A stretch of 64,000 nucleotides of DNA from Alphaproteobacteria bacterium (GCA_009694135.1 SHVS01000006.1:14036-78035); one strand, 5' to 3'; positions 34,015 through 44,645 are shown, counted from the stretch's first letter. Translations and numbers: made by a program. Notes: generated by a model not told the origin, from the sequence alone.

Positions 34015-35448
34015 GTGGCCCGCATGCGTCCCGGCGGACCCAAAGATTTGCCGCATGGGCTGAGGAGTCTCTCGGCCCGTCTGCTGCTATTCACCCTCGG
34101 CTTCGTGATGCTGGCCGCGGTGATGATCTATGCCCCCTCGGTTGGCCGCTATCGCGACGACTGGCTCGTACAGAAGATCGCCGCTGCTCATTTGGGCGTG
34201 CTGGCGCTCGAGGCCGTCCCCGATGCGACCGTCAACGAGGAGTTGAAGCAGGCGCTGTTGATGCATGTCGGCGCCTACGCCATCGTGCTGCACAAGGCCG
34301 ACGCGCGCGTGCTGATCGCCCAATCCGCCCTGCCAATGATGGATCAGCAGGTGGTGACCGGCAGCAGCACCTTGCTGGAACACATCTGGGATGCATTTGG
34401 CACGCTGCTGCATGGCAACCGGGTGATCCGTCTGCTCGGGCCATCGCCGCGCGAAGCCGATGTGACCATCGAGGCCTTGATCGACGAGCATCCCTTGCAA
34501 CTGGCCTTGCTCGGGTTTTCCGGGAATATCCTACTGGTTTCGGTCGCCATCTCCCTGTTCGCCGCGATTCTGGTCTATGCCAGCCTGCACTGGCTGCTGG
34601 TGCGGCCGATGCGCCGCCTGACCGACGGCGTGATCGAGTTCGCCGAGCATCCCGAAAATCTGCAAGCCGGGGTCAAACCCTCCGGCCGCGCCGATGAAAT
34701 TGGCGCCGCCGAGCGCGTGCTGGCGGCGATGCAGGCCGATGTGCGCGCCGCGCTGCGGCAAAAAGATCACCCCGCGGCGCTGGGGGCTGCGGTCGTCAAG
34801 ATCAGCCATGATTTGCGCGGGATATTGTCCACCGCCGTGCTGATCACCGATCGGCTGGCGACGTCCGCCGATCCGCGCGTGCGGCGCACCGTCGGCCCGC
34901 TGTTGCAGGCGATCGAGCGCGCCATCGCTCTAGCCACCAGTACGCTCGACTATGCGCGCGATGCCGCGCCCGAACTCGCGCTCAGCCGCTTCCGCATCGA
35001 GGATTTGATCGAAGATGTCGGTCGTGATCTGTCGGTGACGGCGCCCGCAGGGGTGCCCTTGGCGGTCGAGGCTGGTGGCGAGCTCGAACTTTTCGCCGAT
35101 CGCGCCCAGCTCTATCGCGTGCTCGCCAATCTGGCGCGCAACGCGGTCGAAGCCGGGGCCGATCGGGTGCGGATCGTCGCCAGTACTGGCACCGAGGGCA
35201 TGGCGATCGATGTCGCCGACAACGGCCCCGGCTTGCCGGAGAAGGCGCGCCAGGGCTTGTTCAAGCCGTTCAGCGCCTCGACGCGCAAGGGCGGCAGCGG
35301 GCTGGGGCTTGCCATAGCGCGCGAGGTGATGCGCGCCCATGGCGGCGACATCGCGCTGGTCGCATCCAGCGACGCCGGCACGCGCTTCCGCCTTACTCTG
35401 CCGCATAAGAAAACGCGCGTCAGTCGAGCTGCAGCACCTGAAGCTTGA
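34015..35448 (+). CDS. HAMP-domain sensor histidine kinase (orphan)
   Basis: 2 TM helices, HAMP (DEIG), H-box SHDLR, N-box NLARNA, G-boxes DNGPG and GSGLGL. Confidence 0.9.
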   Translation: MARMRPGGPKDLPHGLRSLSARLLLFTLGFVMLAAVMIYAPSVGRYRDDWLVQKIAAAHLGVLALEAVPDATVNEELKQALLMHVGAYAIVLHKADARVLIAQSALPMMDQQVVTGSSTLLEHIWDAFGTLLHGNRVIRLLGPSPREADVTIEALIDEHPLQLALLGFSGNILLVSVAISLFAAILVYASLHWLLVRPMRRLTDGVIEFAEHPENLQAGVKPSGRADEIGAAERVLAAMQADVRAALRQKDHPAALGAAVVKISHDLRGILSTAVLITDRLATSADPRVRRTVGPLLQAIERAIALATSTLDYARDAAPELALSRFRIEDLIEDVGRDLSVTAPAGVPLAVEAGGELELFADRAQLYRVLANLARNAVEAGADRVRIVASTGTEGMAIDVADNGPGLPEKARQGLFKPFSASTRKGGSGLGLAIAREVMRAHGGDIALVASSDAGTRFRLTLPHKKTRVSRAAAPEA

Positions 35449-36604
35449 GATAGGCGCTTTCCGGCAGCAGCGGATGCACCGGGTGATCGGCTCCGGCGCC
35501 GGCATTGCGCAGGATCCGCCCCGTTCGTCCGGCGGTGGCGATGCCGGCCGCGATCTCAGAGGCGAAATCGCTTGCCGGGACATGGTGCGAGCATGAAGCG
35601 AGCACGAGGAACCCGCCGGGCGCCACGACCGACGCCGCTAGCCGCGCGAGCTTGCGATAGCCGCGCAACCCGACCGCTAGATCCTTCTTCGCCTTAACAA
35701 AGGCGGGCGGATCGCAGATCACGGTGCCCCAGTGGCGTTTCTCACGGGCGGCCGATTCGAGCACGCCGAAGGCCTCGCCCTTTTCGAACCGCAGCTGGCC
35801 CTCGACGCCGTTGAGCCGTGCCGCCGCGGTCGCCAGCGACAAGGCGGCTTCGGAGCTATCCACGCCAGTTACCTCGGTCGCGCCGGCCAGCGCGGCGGCA
35901 ATCGAGAAGCCGCCCGAGTAGCAATAGAGATCGAGCACATCGAGCCCGGCGGCGAGCGAGGCGACGAAGGCGCGGTTGTCGCGCTGGTCATAGAACCAGC
36001 CGGTCTTCTGCCCGGCGGTCAGCGACGCCAGGGCGCGCAGCGAACCTTCATGCACTTCGATCGGCCGGTCGGCGTTGCCGCGCACGACTTCGACGCGCAG
36101 TTCGAGACCTTCGAGCGTGCGCACCGGCGCGTCGGCGCGGATCACGACCGTGCGCGGCGCAATCACCGCATCGATCGCGGCCAGCATCGGCGCAAGGAGC
36201 ACCTCCGCCCCGGCGGTATTGACCTGGATCGACAGCGCGTCGCCGAAGCGGTCGATGACGAAGCCGGGCAGTCCGTCGGCCTCGGCATGCACCAGCCGAT
36301 AATAGGGCGTGCCGTAAATACGGTCACGCAGGGCAAGCGCGCGCGCCAGCCGGTCCTGCACGAAGCGCCAGTCGATCGACGCATTGACGCTCGGCGTCAT
36401 GATACGCGCCGCGATCAGGGAATGCGGGTTGAAGCTGGCTAGGCCGAGCGGCTTGCCCTCGGTTCCCACCCGCACGATACCGCCAGGTGGAAGCGCCTTG
36501 GTGGCCGCATCCATCTCGATCTCGTTGGAGTAGATCCAGGGGTGGCCGGTCCGGGCGCGCCGGGCGTGGCCCTTCATAACGTGAATGGTCGGAATCTCGA
36601 TCAT
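35420..36604 (-). CDS. rlmI: RlmI/RlmK-family SAM-dependent rRNA methyltransferase
   Basis: GHPWIYSNEI, EADGLPG, GQKTGWFYDQR, DPPAF, SCS, YLK. Confidence 0.85.
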   Translation of the reverse strand: MIEIPTIHVMKGHARRARTGHPWIYSNEIEMDAATKALPPGGIVRVGTEGKPLGLASFNPHSLIAARIMTPSVNASIDWRFVQDRLARALALRDRIYGTPYYRLVHAEADGLPGFVIDRFGDALSIQVNTAGAEVLLAPMLAAIDAVIAPRTVVIRADAPVRTLEGLELRVEVVRGNADRPIEVHEGSLRALASLTAGQKTGWFYDQRDNRAFVASLAAGLDVLDLYCYSGGFSIAAALAGATEVTGVDSSEAALSLATAAARLNGVEGQLRFEKGEAFGVLESAAREKRHWGTVICDPPAFVKAKKDLAVGLRGYRKLARLAASVVAPGGFLVLASCSHHVPASDFASEIAAGIATAGRTGRILRNAGAGADHPVHPLLPESAYLKLQVLQLD

Positions 36605-36753
36605 GGGCGAGGAGTGATAGGGAGCGCGGCAATCTGGCGCAACTGGCGCGGTGTGTTGCGGCGCGGGCGCCGTTAGTTAGGATAGCCTCCGGCTACGCCG
36701 CCATGAGCCGCCTGCGGGGCAAGACGTCAGGGCGGAAAGGGACCATCGAGTCG

Positions 36754-37502
36754 ATGAGCAACACGCGCGCCGAGCCGCCCCAGCGTCAGCAGAGCAGCGC
36801 TCTTCCGACAAGATTGCCGCCTGCGCCGCCTGCCGTGTGCGCGACCTAGGCATGTGCGCGGCGCTCACCCAGCCCGATCTCACCGAACTGGCCGGGATTA
36901 TGACAGAAGTGAGTTATCCCGCCGGCAAGATCGTGTTCGATGAGGGCGAACCGGCGGATGCGCTGTACAATATCACCGGCGGGGCGGCCAAGCTCTACAA
37001 GCTGATGCCTGACGGTCGCCGGCAGGTCACCGGGTTCCTGCTGCAGGGCGATTTGCTCGGCCTGGCGCAGAACGGGCGCCACTCCTGCTCGGCCGAGGCC
37101 ATTGGGCAGATGCGCGCGTGCCGTGATGTGCACGGCCGCTTCGACGCCCTGGTGGAGCGCTTTCCCGATCTGCGCCGGCGGCTGCATCACGATGCGGTTG
37201 ACGAACTGGTCGAGGCGCAAAACCACATGCTGCTGTTGGGGCGCAAAACGGCCGTCGAACGTGTCGTGTCGTTCCTGCTGCGGCTGTCGCACCGGCAATT
37301 GCGGCATGGTTTTACGGCCCAGCCCGTGCGACTGCCGATGACGCGGGCGGATATCGCCGATTATCTCGGTCGGACGACCGAAACGGTGAGCCGCACGATC
37401 ACCAAGCTGAAAACGCAGGGGGTGATCCGCCTGCGGCCCGAGAGCGAGGTCGAGTTGGTGGATGCAATTCGCTTGTCTGCTCTGGCCGGAGGCGAAGCAT
37501 GA
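36754..37502 (+). CDS. Crp/Fnr regulator of the FnrL/FnrN type; 5' end apparently frameshifted
   Basis: CAACRVRDLGMC cluster, DGRRQVTGF, LPMTRADIADYLG, recognition helix ETVSR; no in-frame ATG upstream of the Cys cluster, and ATG 36754 is out of frame. Confidence 0.8.
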
Positions 37503-38464
37503 GCGACATTCCGGCCCCGGTGCGCGTGCGCATGACCCCGCAGATCGAGGCGCGCGTGGCAGAGCGCCTGGTGCGGCGGATCGACGCGCGGACGGGCGAG
37601 CTGGTCGAGCTGGCCCGCGCCCTGATCCGCGTTCCGACCGTCAACCCACCTGGAGAGCGCTACCCCGAGGCGGTGGCGCTCATTGGCGAGCGCTTGGCGG
37701 GGCGCGGTTTCGAGGTGGTTTATGAGCGCGCCCTGGGCGCCCCGGGCGACAGCGAGGCCTATCCGCGCAGCAATCTGATAGCGCGGGTGGAAAGTCGCGT
37801 CGCCGGCCCAACCGTGCATATCAGCGGGCGGATCGACGTTGCGCCGCCGGGAGTCGGCTGGAGCGTCGATCCCTTCGCCGGCGAGTTGCGCGGTGGGCAG
37901 CTTCTCGGTCGCGGCGCCGCAGCGGTGAAGGGCGGGTTGGCCGCCGCCATCATCGCGCTCGAGACGCTCAAGGAGGAGCTGCCGCGCCTGCCCGGCGCCA
38001 TTGAATTATCGGTGACCGTCGATGGGCTCAGCGGCGCCGCAGGCGGGCTGGGCTTTCTCGGGCAGCTCAATTACCTGGAGCCGCCGCGCGTCGATCATCT
38101 GATCCTGCTCGAAGCCGGCGGGGCCGAGGCGGTAGCGGTGGCGGCCGCGCCGGGCGCAACCGAATCCCCGGTCTTGCTGGCGCTCGAACAGGCGGCCGCG
38201 CGGGCGGGAGCCCCCCCATTACGGCGAATTCCGCTACCGGATGCATCCGGGCTGCATGCGCTCGCGCGGGCAGGCCTGATCACGAGCCTGGCCGCTTACG
38301 GGCCGGGCACGCCGGGCGCGGGCGACGCCGCCGACGAGGCGGTCGTGGTGGCCGAATTGGTTCTGGCGGCGAAGATTCTGGCGCTGGCGGCGCATAAGGT
38401 GCTCAGCTCGGCGCCCGATGCCGCCAGCGGACCGCAGCCCCCGATGGGATCACAGCCCGATTAA
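37499..38464 (+). CDS. M20 (ArgE/DapE-like) homolog lacking catalytic residues and dimerisation domain
   Basis: PTVNPPGE, GAPGDSEAYPR, DPFAG..GRGAAAVKGG, YGPG; open frame, coupled to the Fnr stop by ATGA overlap. Confidence 0.8.
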   Translation: MSDIPAPVRVRMTPQIEARVAERLVRRIDARTGELVELARALIRVPTVNPPGERYPEAVALIGERLAGRGFEVVYERALGAPGDSEAYPRSNLIARVESRVAGPTVHISGRIDVAPPGVGWSVDPFAGELRGGQLLGRGAAAVKGGLAAAIIALETLKEELPRLPGAIELSVTVDGLSGAAGGLGFLGQLNYLEPPRVDHLILLEAGGAEAVAVAAAPGATESPVLLALEQAAARAGAPPLRRIPLPDASGLHALARAGLITSLAAYGPGTPGAGDAADEAVVVAELVLAAKILALAAHKVLSSAPDAASGPQPPMGSQPD

Positions 38465-38560
38465 CGCGGCGCGAGGGTGTCGGCCAATCCGGTTGTTGGT
38501 CGGGCCGAGCGCGCATAGTCTGAATATTTCAGACCGTTACGGCGTAGGAGACGTGGATTG

Positions 38561-40015
38561 ATGCGCGTAGTGACTTGGATCGTCGCGGCCTTGCTGCTGG
38601 CGACCGGGGCCTCGGCCAAGGATATGCTGACGCTGGGCGTGACGCTGGAGCCCGACCATCTCGATCCGACTGCCGGCGCGGCGGCGGCGATCGACGAAAT
38701 CGTTTATGCCAATGTGTTCGAAGGCCTGACGCGTTTTGACGAGACGGGCGCGGTCAAACCGCAGCTCGCCACCAGTTGGACCATCTCCGGCGACGGCCTC
38801 ACTTACACCTTCGCGCTCAAGCCTGGGGTCAAGTTCCACGACGGCGCCGCGCTGACCTCAGCCGACGTCAAATTCTCGTTCGACCGTGCCCGCGCGCCGG
38901 ATTCGGTCAATGCGCAAAAGGGTTTATTCGCCGCCATCGATAAGGTCGAAGCGGTCGATCCGCAGACTGCGCGTGTCACGCTCGCAAGGTCGGAAGGCGC
39001 GCTGCTATTTAATCTCGCCTGGGGCGATGCGGTGATCGTTTCGCCAGCGAGTGCTGCGGGCAATAAGACAAACCCGATTGGCACCGGCCCGTTTCGCTTC
39101 CAGCGCTGGGTCCAGGGCGACCGCGTCCAGTTGGTGCGTGCCGATGCGCGCGCCAAGCTTGCCGCCGCCACCTTCAAATTCATCCCCGACCCGGCGGCGC
39201 AGGTCGCGGCGCTGCTCGCCGGCGACATCGACGTGCTGCCCAATGCCGCCGCGCCCGAGGCGCTGCAGCAGCTGTCCGTCGATCGCCGCTTCGAAGTGGC
39301 GGTCGGCACCACCGAGGGCGAGACGATTCTCGCCATTAACAATGCGCGCAAGCCATTCGACGATGTGCGTGTCCGCCAGGCGCTGTCCTATGCCGTGGAT
39401 CGCAAGGCGATCATCGACGGCGCGATGTATGGCTATGGCACGCCGATCGGCACGCATTTCGCGCCGCATCATCCGGCCTATGTCGATTTGACCGGCCTGT
39501 ATCCCTATGATCCGGCCAAGGCGCGCGCGCTGTTGCAGGCGGCCGGGCTTGCGCAGGGCTTCAAGGCGACACTCAAGCTGCCGCCGCCGTCTTATGCCCG
39601 CCGCGGTGGGGAGATCATCGCGGCACAGCTCAAGCAGATCGGCGTGAGCGTCGAGATTGTGCCGGTCGAATGGGCGCAATGGCTCTCGCAGGTATTTCGC
39701 GACTCCGATTTCGATTTGACCATTGTTTCGCACACCGAACCGATGGACATCGAAATTTACGGCCGCGAAAAATATTACTTCAACTATCGCTCCGATCCGG
39801 TGCGCGCGGCGCTGCGCGCGCTCGACCGCACGCCGGGCGAGGCCGAGCGCTTTGGGCTATATCGCCAAGTCGAACGCTTGATCGCCGAGGACGCGGCCAA
39901 TGTCTTCCTGTTCCAGCTCGCCAAGACCGGCGTTTGGCGGCGCGGCCTCGTCGGGATGTGGCGCAGCAGTCCGGTGCAGGCCAATGACCTGACCGGGGTC
40001 TATTGGCTCGAATAG
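38561..40015 (+). CDS. Family 5 (peptide/nickel) ABC substrate-binding protein
   Basis: Signal peptide; LEPDHLDPT, VKFHDG, PIGTGPF, VRQALSYAVDR. Confidence 0.92.
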   Translation: MRVVTWIVAALLLATGASAKDMLTLGVTLEPDHLDPTAGAAAAIDEIVYANVFEGLTRFDETGAVKPQLATSWTISGDGLTYTFALKPGVKFHDGAALTSADVKFSFDRARAPDSVNAQKGLFAAIDKVEAVDPQTARVTLARSEGALLFNLAWGDAVIVSPASAAGNKTNPIGTGPFRFQRWVQGDRVQLVRADARAKLAAATFKFIPDPAAQVAALLAGDIDVLPNAAAPEALQQLSVDRRFEVAVGTTEGETILAINNARKPFDDVRVRQALSYAVDRKAIIDGAMYGYGTPIGTHFAPHHPAYVDLTGLYPYDPAKARALLQAAGLAQGFKATLKLPPPSYARRGGEIIAAQLKQIGVSVEIVPVEWAQWLSQVFRDSDFDLTIVSHTEPMDIEIYGREKYYFNYRSDPVRAALRALDRTPGEAERFGLYRQVERLIAEDAANVFLFQLAKTGVWRRGLVGMWRSSPVQANDLTGVYWLE

Positions 40016-40043
40016 CGGGCCCCGTCCGCGGCGCCGCGCAGCA

Positions 40044-40991
40044 ATGCTGACGCTGCTCGGCCGACGGCTGATCGGGGCATTGCTCGCGCTCCTGCTGGCG
40101 AGCCTGATTGTCTTCGTGGTGCTCGAAGTGCTGCCCGGCGACGCCGCTCAGCTGATGCTTGGGATCAACGCCGATCCCGCGGCGCTCGCGGCGTTGCGCG
40201 CCGAACTCGGACTGGATAGGCCGGCGCCGGCGAGGTTTCTGCTTTGGCTCGCGGAGTTGCTGCAAGGCGAGCTCGGCCGCAGCCACACCAATGCGCGACC
40301 GGTGGCGGCGCTGATCGGCGAGCGCCTGGGAGTAACGGTGCCGCTGGCGCTGTTCGCCTTTCTGTTGTCGACGAATTTGGCTGTGCCGCTCGGTTTTCTT
40401 GCGGCGTTGCGGCGCGACCGCGCTGGCGACGTCGTGGTGATGGCGCTCTCACAGCTCGGGCTGGCGGTGCCAGAGTTCTGGCTCGGGTTACTCTTGATTC
40501 TGCTGTTCGCCGTCTCGCTCGGTTGGTTGCCCGCGGGCGGTTTCCCCGGCTGGCAGGGCGGGGTGGGTGGCGCGCTTGCCGCGCTGCTGCTGCCGGCGGT
40601 CACGCTCGGCCTCAACCAGGCGGCGATTTTGGCGCGCGTTGCCCGTCGTGCGGCGATCACCGCGCTCGCCGCCGATCATGTGCGCACGGCGCGCGCCAAG
40701 GGACTGTCCGAGCCGCGTGTCATTCTCGGTCACGTTCTGCGCAACACGCTGGCGACGCTGCTCGCCCTCATGGGCTTGCAGCTGGCCTTTTTGCTTGCTG
40801 GCGTCATCGTAGTCGAGAACCTGTTCTATCTCCCGGGTCTCGGTCGCTTGCTGCTGCAAGCGGTGACGCAGCGCGATGTCGTGGTGGTGCGCGACTTGGT
40901 GCTGCTCTTCGTGTTCGTGGCGATCGCGCTCAATTTTCTGGTCGATGTTTTGGTCGCGGTGATCGATCCTCGCCCGCGGGCGACGGCATGA
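40044..40991 (+). CDS. ABC transporter permease (DppB-like)
   Basis: LPGDAA, LGLDRP, RTARAKGL, IDPR. Confidence 0.9.
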   Translation: MLTLLGRRLIGALLALLLASLIVFVVLEVLPGDAAQLMLGINADPAALAALRAELGLDRPAPARFLLWLAELLQGELGRSHTNARPVAALIGERLGVTVPLALFAFLLSTNLAVPLGFLAALRRDRAGDVVVMALSQLGLAVPEFWLGLLLILLFAVSLGWLPAGGFPGWQGGVGGALAALLLPAVTLGLNQAAILARVARRAAITALAADHVRTARAKGLSEPRVILGHVLRNTLATLLALMGLQLAFLLAGVIVVENLFYLPGLGRLLLQAVTQRDVVVVRDLVLLFVFVAIALNFLVDVLVAVIDPRPRATA

Positions 40992-41818
40992 CGACGCATC
41001 GTGCTCCGCTCAATCTGCTGCTCGGCGGCGGGCTGGTTGTCCTGCTTCTGGCGTCGGCCGCGCTGTCGCTCGTGTGGACGCCCTATGCGTATGATGCGAT
41101 CGACATCGCCGCGCGGCTTGATCCGCCGAGCGCGCGCCACTGGCTTGGCACCGACCCGTTCGGGCGTGACGTGCTGTCACGCATCCTTGTTGGCGCGCGC
41201 ATGTCGATCGCTGTCGGGTTTGTCGCGGTCGGCGTCGGGCTCTTGGCCGGGGTTGCGCTCGGCGGGCTGGCGGCGGCGCGGCGCGGCTGGGTAGACGAGT
41301 TGGTCATGGGGTCGAGCGATGTGGTGTTTGCCTTCCCGGCGATCCTCTCGGCGCTGCTGATCACCGTGACGCTCGGGCCCGGGGTCGTGAATGCCGTGCT
41401 TGCCATCGGCATTTTCAACATTCCGGTGTTCGCGCGCGTGACGCGGCGCGCCGCGCTTGGCATCTGGGCGATGGATTACGCCCGCGCCGCGGCGGCGCTC
41501 GGGCAGGGCGGCTTGGCGGTGACCTGGCGGCATGTGCTGCCCAATGTCGCGCCGCTGTTGATCGTGCAGGCGAGCGTGCAATTCGCGATCGCAATACTGG
41601 CCGAGGCGGCGCTGAGCTATCTCGGCCTTGGCGCGCAGCCGCCGATCCCGTCTTGGGGGCGGATGTTGTATGACGCGCAGACTCTGCTGGCGCTGCAACC
41701 AACGCTGGCGCTGTTCCCTGGGCTGGCGATCATGCTCGCCGTGCTTGGGCTCAATCTGCTCGGCGATGGGCTGGCTGATCGGCTCGACCCGCGTTTGCGT
41801 GCCGTGCGGCTGGTTTGA
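40988..41818 (+). CDS. ABC transporter permease (DppC-like)
   Basis: [34 protein letters not shown]. Confidence 0.9.
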   Translation: MTTHRAPLNLLLGGGLVVLLLASAALSLVWTPYAYDAIDIAARLDPPSARHWLGTDPFGRDVLSRILVGARMSIAVGFVAVGVGLLAGVALGGLAAARRGWVDELVMGSSDVVFAFPAILSALLITVTLGPGVVNAVLAIGIFNIPVFARVTRRAALGIWAMDYARAAAALGQGGLAVTWRHVLPNVAPLLIVQASVQFAIAILAEAALSYLGLGAQPPIPSWGRMLYDAQTLLALQPTLALFPGLAIMLAVLGLNLLGDGLADRLDPRLRAVRLV

Positions 41819-41835
41819 TGTTTAAGGAACTAACG

Positions 41836-42938
41836 ATGACCCGCGCTCCGAGCGACTCACCCATCCTGCTCACACCCGGGCCATTGACCACGGCGCAAGC
41901 GGTGCGTGACGCCATGGCGCGCGACTGGGGCTCGCGCGACCCCGGCTTTATCGAACTCACCGCGCGTGTGCGCGCGGGCTTGGCGGGTTTGGTCGCGGCG
42001 GAGGAGGGTTTCACCGCCGTTCCGATCCAAGGCAGCGGAACCTTCGCCGTCGAGGCGATGCTCGGCACTTTCGTGCCGCCCAAAGGCCGGCTGCTGGTCG
42101 CGAGCAACGGTGCTTATGGCCGGCGCATGGCCAGCGCCAAGGGCGTGCGATTGCCATGCTGGAAAGCCCGGAAGAACAGCCGCTAGTCTGCTGCTGGCGC
42201 TGCGCGCGGACCCAGCCATCACCCATGTCGCCGTGGTGCATTGCGAGACCACCACCGGCGTCTTGAATCCGCTCGGAAAGATTGCGACTGCGGTCGGGCG
42301 CTACGGGCCGGCGACTCCTCGTCGATGCGATGCGCAGCCTCGGGGCGCTGCCGGTGAATGCACGCGATCCGATCGACGCCATCGCGGCTTCGGCCAATAA
42401 ATGCCTGGAAGGCGTGCCGGGCGTGGCTTTCGTGCTGGCGAGCGAGCGGGCGCTCATGGCGGCGCGCGGCCAGGCACCGTCGCTGAGCCTCGATTTGCAC
42501 GATCAATGGTCGGGCTTCGCTGAAAAGGGCGAATGGCGCTTCACCCCGCCGACGCAGGTCGTGGCCGCGCTGGCCGCTGCGCTCGACCGCCATGCGGCCG
42601 AAGGGGGTGTCGCCGCGCGTGGGGAGCGTTATCGGCAAAATTGTGCGGCGCTCATTACAGGCATGCGGGCGCTCGACTTCGCGCCGCTGCTCGCGCCCGC
42701 GCATCAGGCGCCGATCATCGTTACCTTCTGCATGCCGGCCGATCCGCGCTTCGCCTTCAAGCCGTTTTACGACCAATTGGCCGCGCGCGGGTTCCTGATC
42801 TACCCCGGCAAATTGACGGCCGGTCCGAGTTTCCGCATCGGCTGCATCGGCGCGATTGACGAGAGCGACATTCGGCTTGCGCTGGCGACCGTCGCCGCCA
42901 GCATGCAAGCGTTGGGGGTCGCGAGCGGCGCTCCTTAA
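41836..42938 (+). pseudogene. phnW: 2-aminoethylphosphonate aminotransferase (PhnW/AepZ-like), broken
   Basis: [61 protein letters not shown] spread over three frames, with deletion/shifts near 42130-42190 and 42300. Confidence 0.88.
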
Positions 42939-43620
42939 TTGCTCTGCAGGAATTCCTGAAAGCGGCGCGCCATCTGCGGCGGCGCAATCGTCGGGCGGCC
43001 AAGCTTGGCCAGTGCTCCGGGCGCGATCCGCAGATGGATCAGATGCGGCCCGTCGCTTGCCAATGCGTCGGTCAGCGCCGATGCGAAACCCGCCAGCTCA
43101 TCGACGCAGGTTCCACTCGCATAACCGCAAGCGAGAGCGACGTCGGCGAAATCAACGCTGGCTGACACGGTGCGCTGCCCGCCGGTCGAGTCATGCACGC
43201 CGTTGTCGAGCACCAGATGCACCAGGTTCTTCGGCGCGCGCGCTCCGATTGTGGCGCAATTGCCGAGCTTCATCAGCGCCGCCCCGTCGCCGTCGATGAC
43301 TACGACTGGTCGGGCGACATTGAGCGCGACGCCCAGCCCCATCGCCGCGGCGCAGCCCATCGAGCCGACCTGGTAGAGGTGCTGCGGCCGGTCATTGAGA
43401 GTGAACAGCTCGCGCCCGGTCTTGCCGGTCGTGGCGATCACCGCCGCGCGTTCGGGCAAGAGTTCCAGCAACCGCGTGAGCGCCGCCGCGAGCGTTGGCG
43501 CGATCTGAGCGGGCTGCTCGGGAAATAGCTGGTGGGCGACGCGCAGGACATCCAGGAGCGGGCCGGTCGCTTCGCCCATGAGCGCGTGCTGCGGCTCGTC
43601 CTTGAGCCCCGGTTCGCCGC
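42935..43620 (-). pseudogene. ppd: Phosphonopyruvate decarboxylase remnant (N-terminus and an internal segment deleted)
   Basis: RGEPGLKDEPQH..MG, ATTGKTGRELF, VGSMG, ThDP motif DGDGAALM...LDNGVHDSTGGQ. Confidence 0.85.
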
Positions 43621-44626
43621 GCACGTCGAGCATGCATTTCGGCCGGTCAAGCGTAAGCGCGCCCAGCGCCTCGCCACGCGACGCCGCCAGCACGATCGCG
43701 CGCGCGCGGCGCGACCGCGGTCAGGTAGTGGCGCTCGGCCTCGCGCAGCTCCGCGTCATTGGTCAGGGCAAAGACATCGCGCACGCTGGCAAGCTCGCCT
43801 TGGACGCCCGCGATGCCTTCGTCGCGCGCCATGCGTTGTGCGACCGCGCGCATCGCCTTGATGGATGCGCGCAGCGTTTGATTGCCCTCGATCGCCAATG
43901 ACACGCCCGCTTCGCGATAGCGTTCGGCCGGAGTATGCGCATAGGTCGTCGGCACGATCACCAGCGGGGCGCGTTAGGCCCAGAGCCGGGCGAAGGCAAG
44001 GATCTCACCGGCCGTCGGCGCCTTGGAATGGATCAGGATCGCGTCCGCTCCGGCGTCGTGATAGGCTGCGGCGCGTGCCAGAGCTTCATCAAGGCTGCGC
44101 CCGGCGATCAACGCCTCGACGCGCGCCACAAGAACGAAATCTGGATTGGTCTGGCTGTCCTTGCCGGCTTTGATCTTGCCGCAAACTCCTCGACGTCGGC
44201 TAACGGCTGCGCCTCGCCGATGAAGGAGTTGGTCCTGGGGAACAGCTTGTCCTCGATGCACACGCCGGCGATGCCGCGCTCGCAGAGCTTGCGCAGCAGC
44301 CGCCGCAGATTGTTGAAATTGCCGTAGCCCGTGTCGCCGTCGACTAAAATCGGGATGTTCGTCGCGTCCGCCATGAACTCGAGGGTCTCGAGCACCTGGG
44401 TCTAGGACGCTTCATTGCTGTCGCGCACGCCCATGGCGGCGGAGATCGCCAGCCCCGAGGCCCAGATGCCGGGAAAACCGGATTCCTCGACGATCTTGGC
44501 CGAAAGACCATTATGCGCCTCCATGATGAAGCGCAGACCGGGTCCGGCCAACAGCGAGCGCAGCGCCGCCGCCTTACCGATGCGGGCCGCGTGCGCCTCG
44601 ACCGCTTGCGATGAGAGCAGGCTCAT
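43621..44626 (-). pseudogene. ppm: PEP mutase with stump of a fused nucleotidyltransferase domain, broken
   Basis: [54 protein letters not shown]; TAG 44402-44404, TAA near 43975, shift near 44180; then IVLAASRG...DRPKCML. Confidence 0.9.
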
Positions 44627-44630
44627 CAGG

Positions 44631-44645
44631 CTAATTTCCGGTTAA
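44631..44645. promoter_or_regulatory. CtrA-like box upstream of ppm (TTAA-CCGGAAA-TTAG on minus strand)
   Basis: One mismatch to TTAA-N7-TTAA; ends 4 nt before the ppm ATG. Confidence 0.45.
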
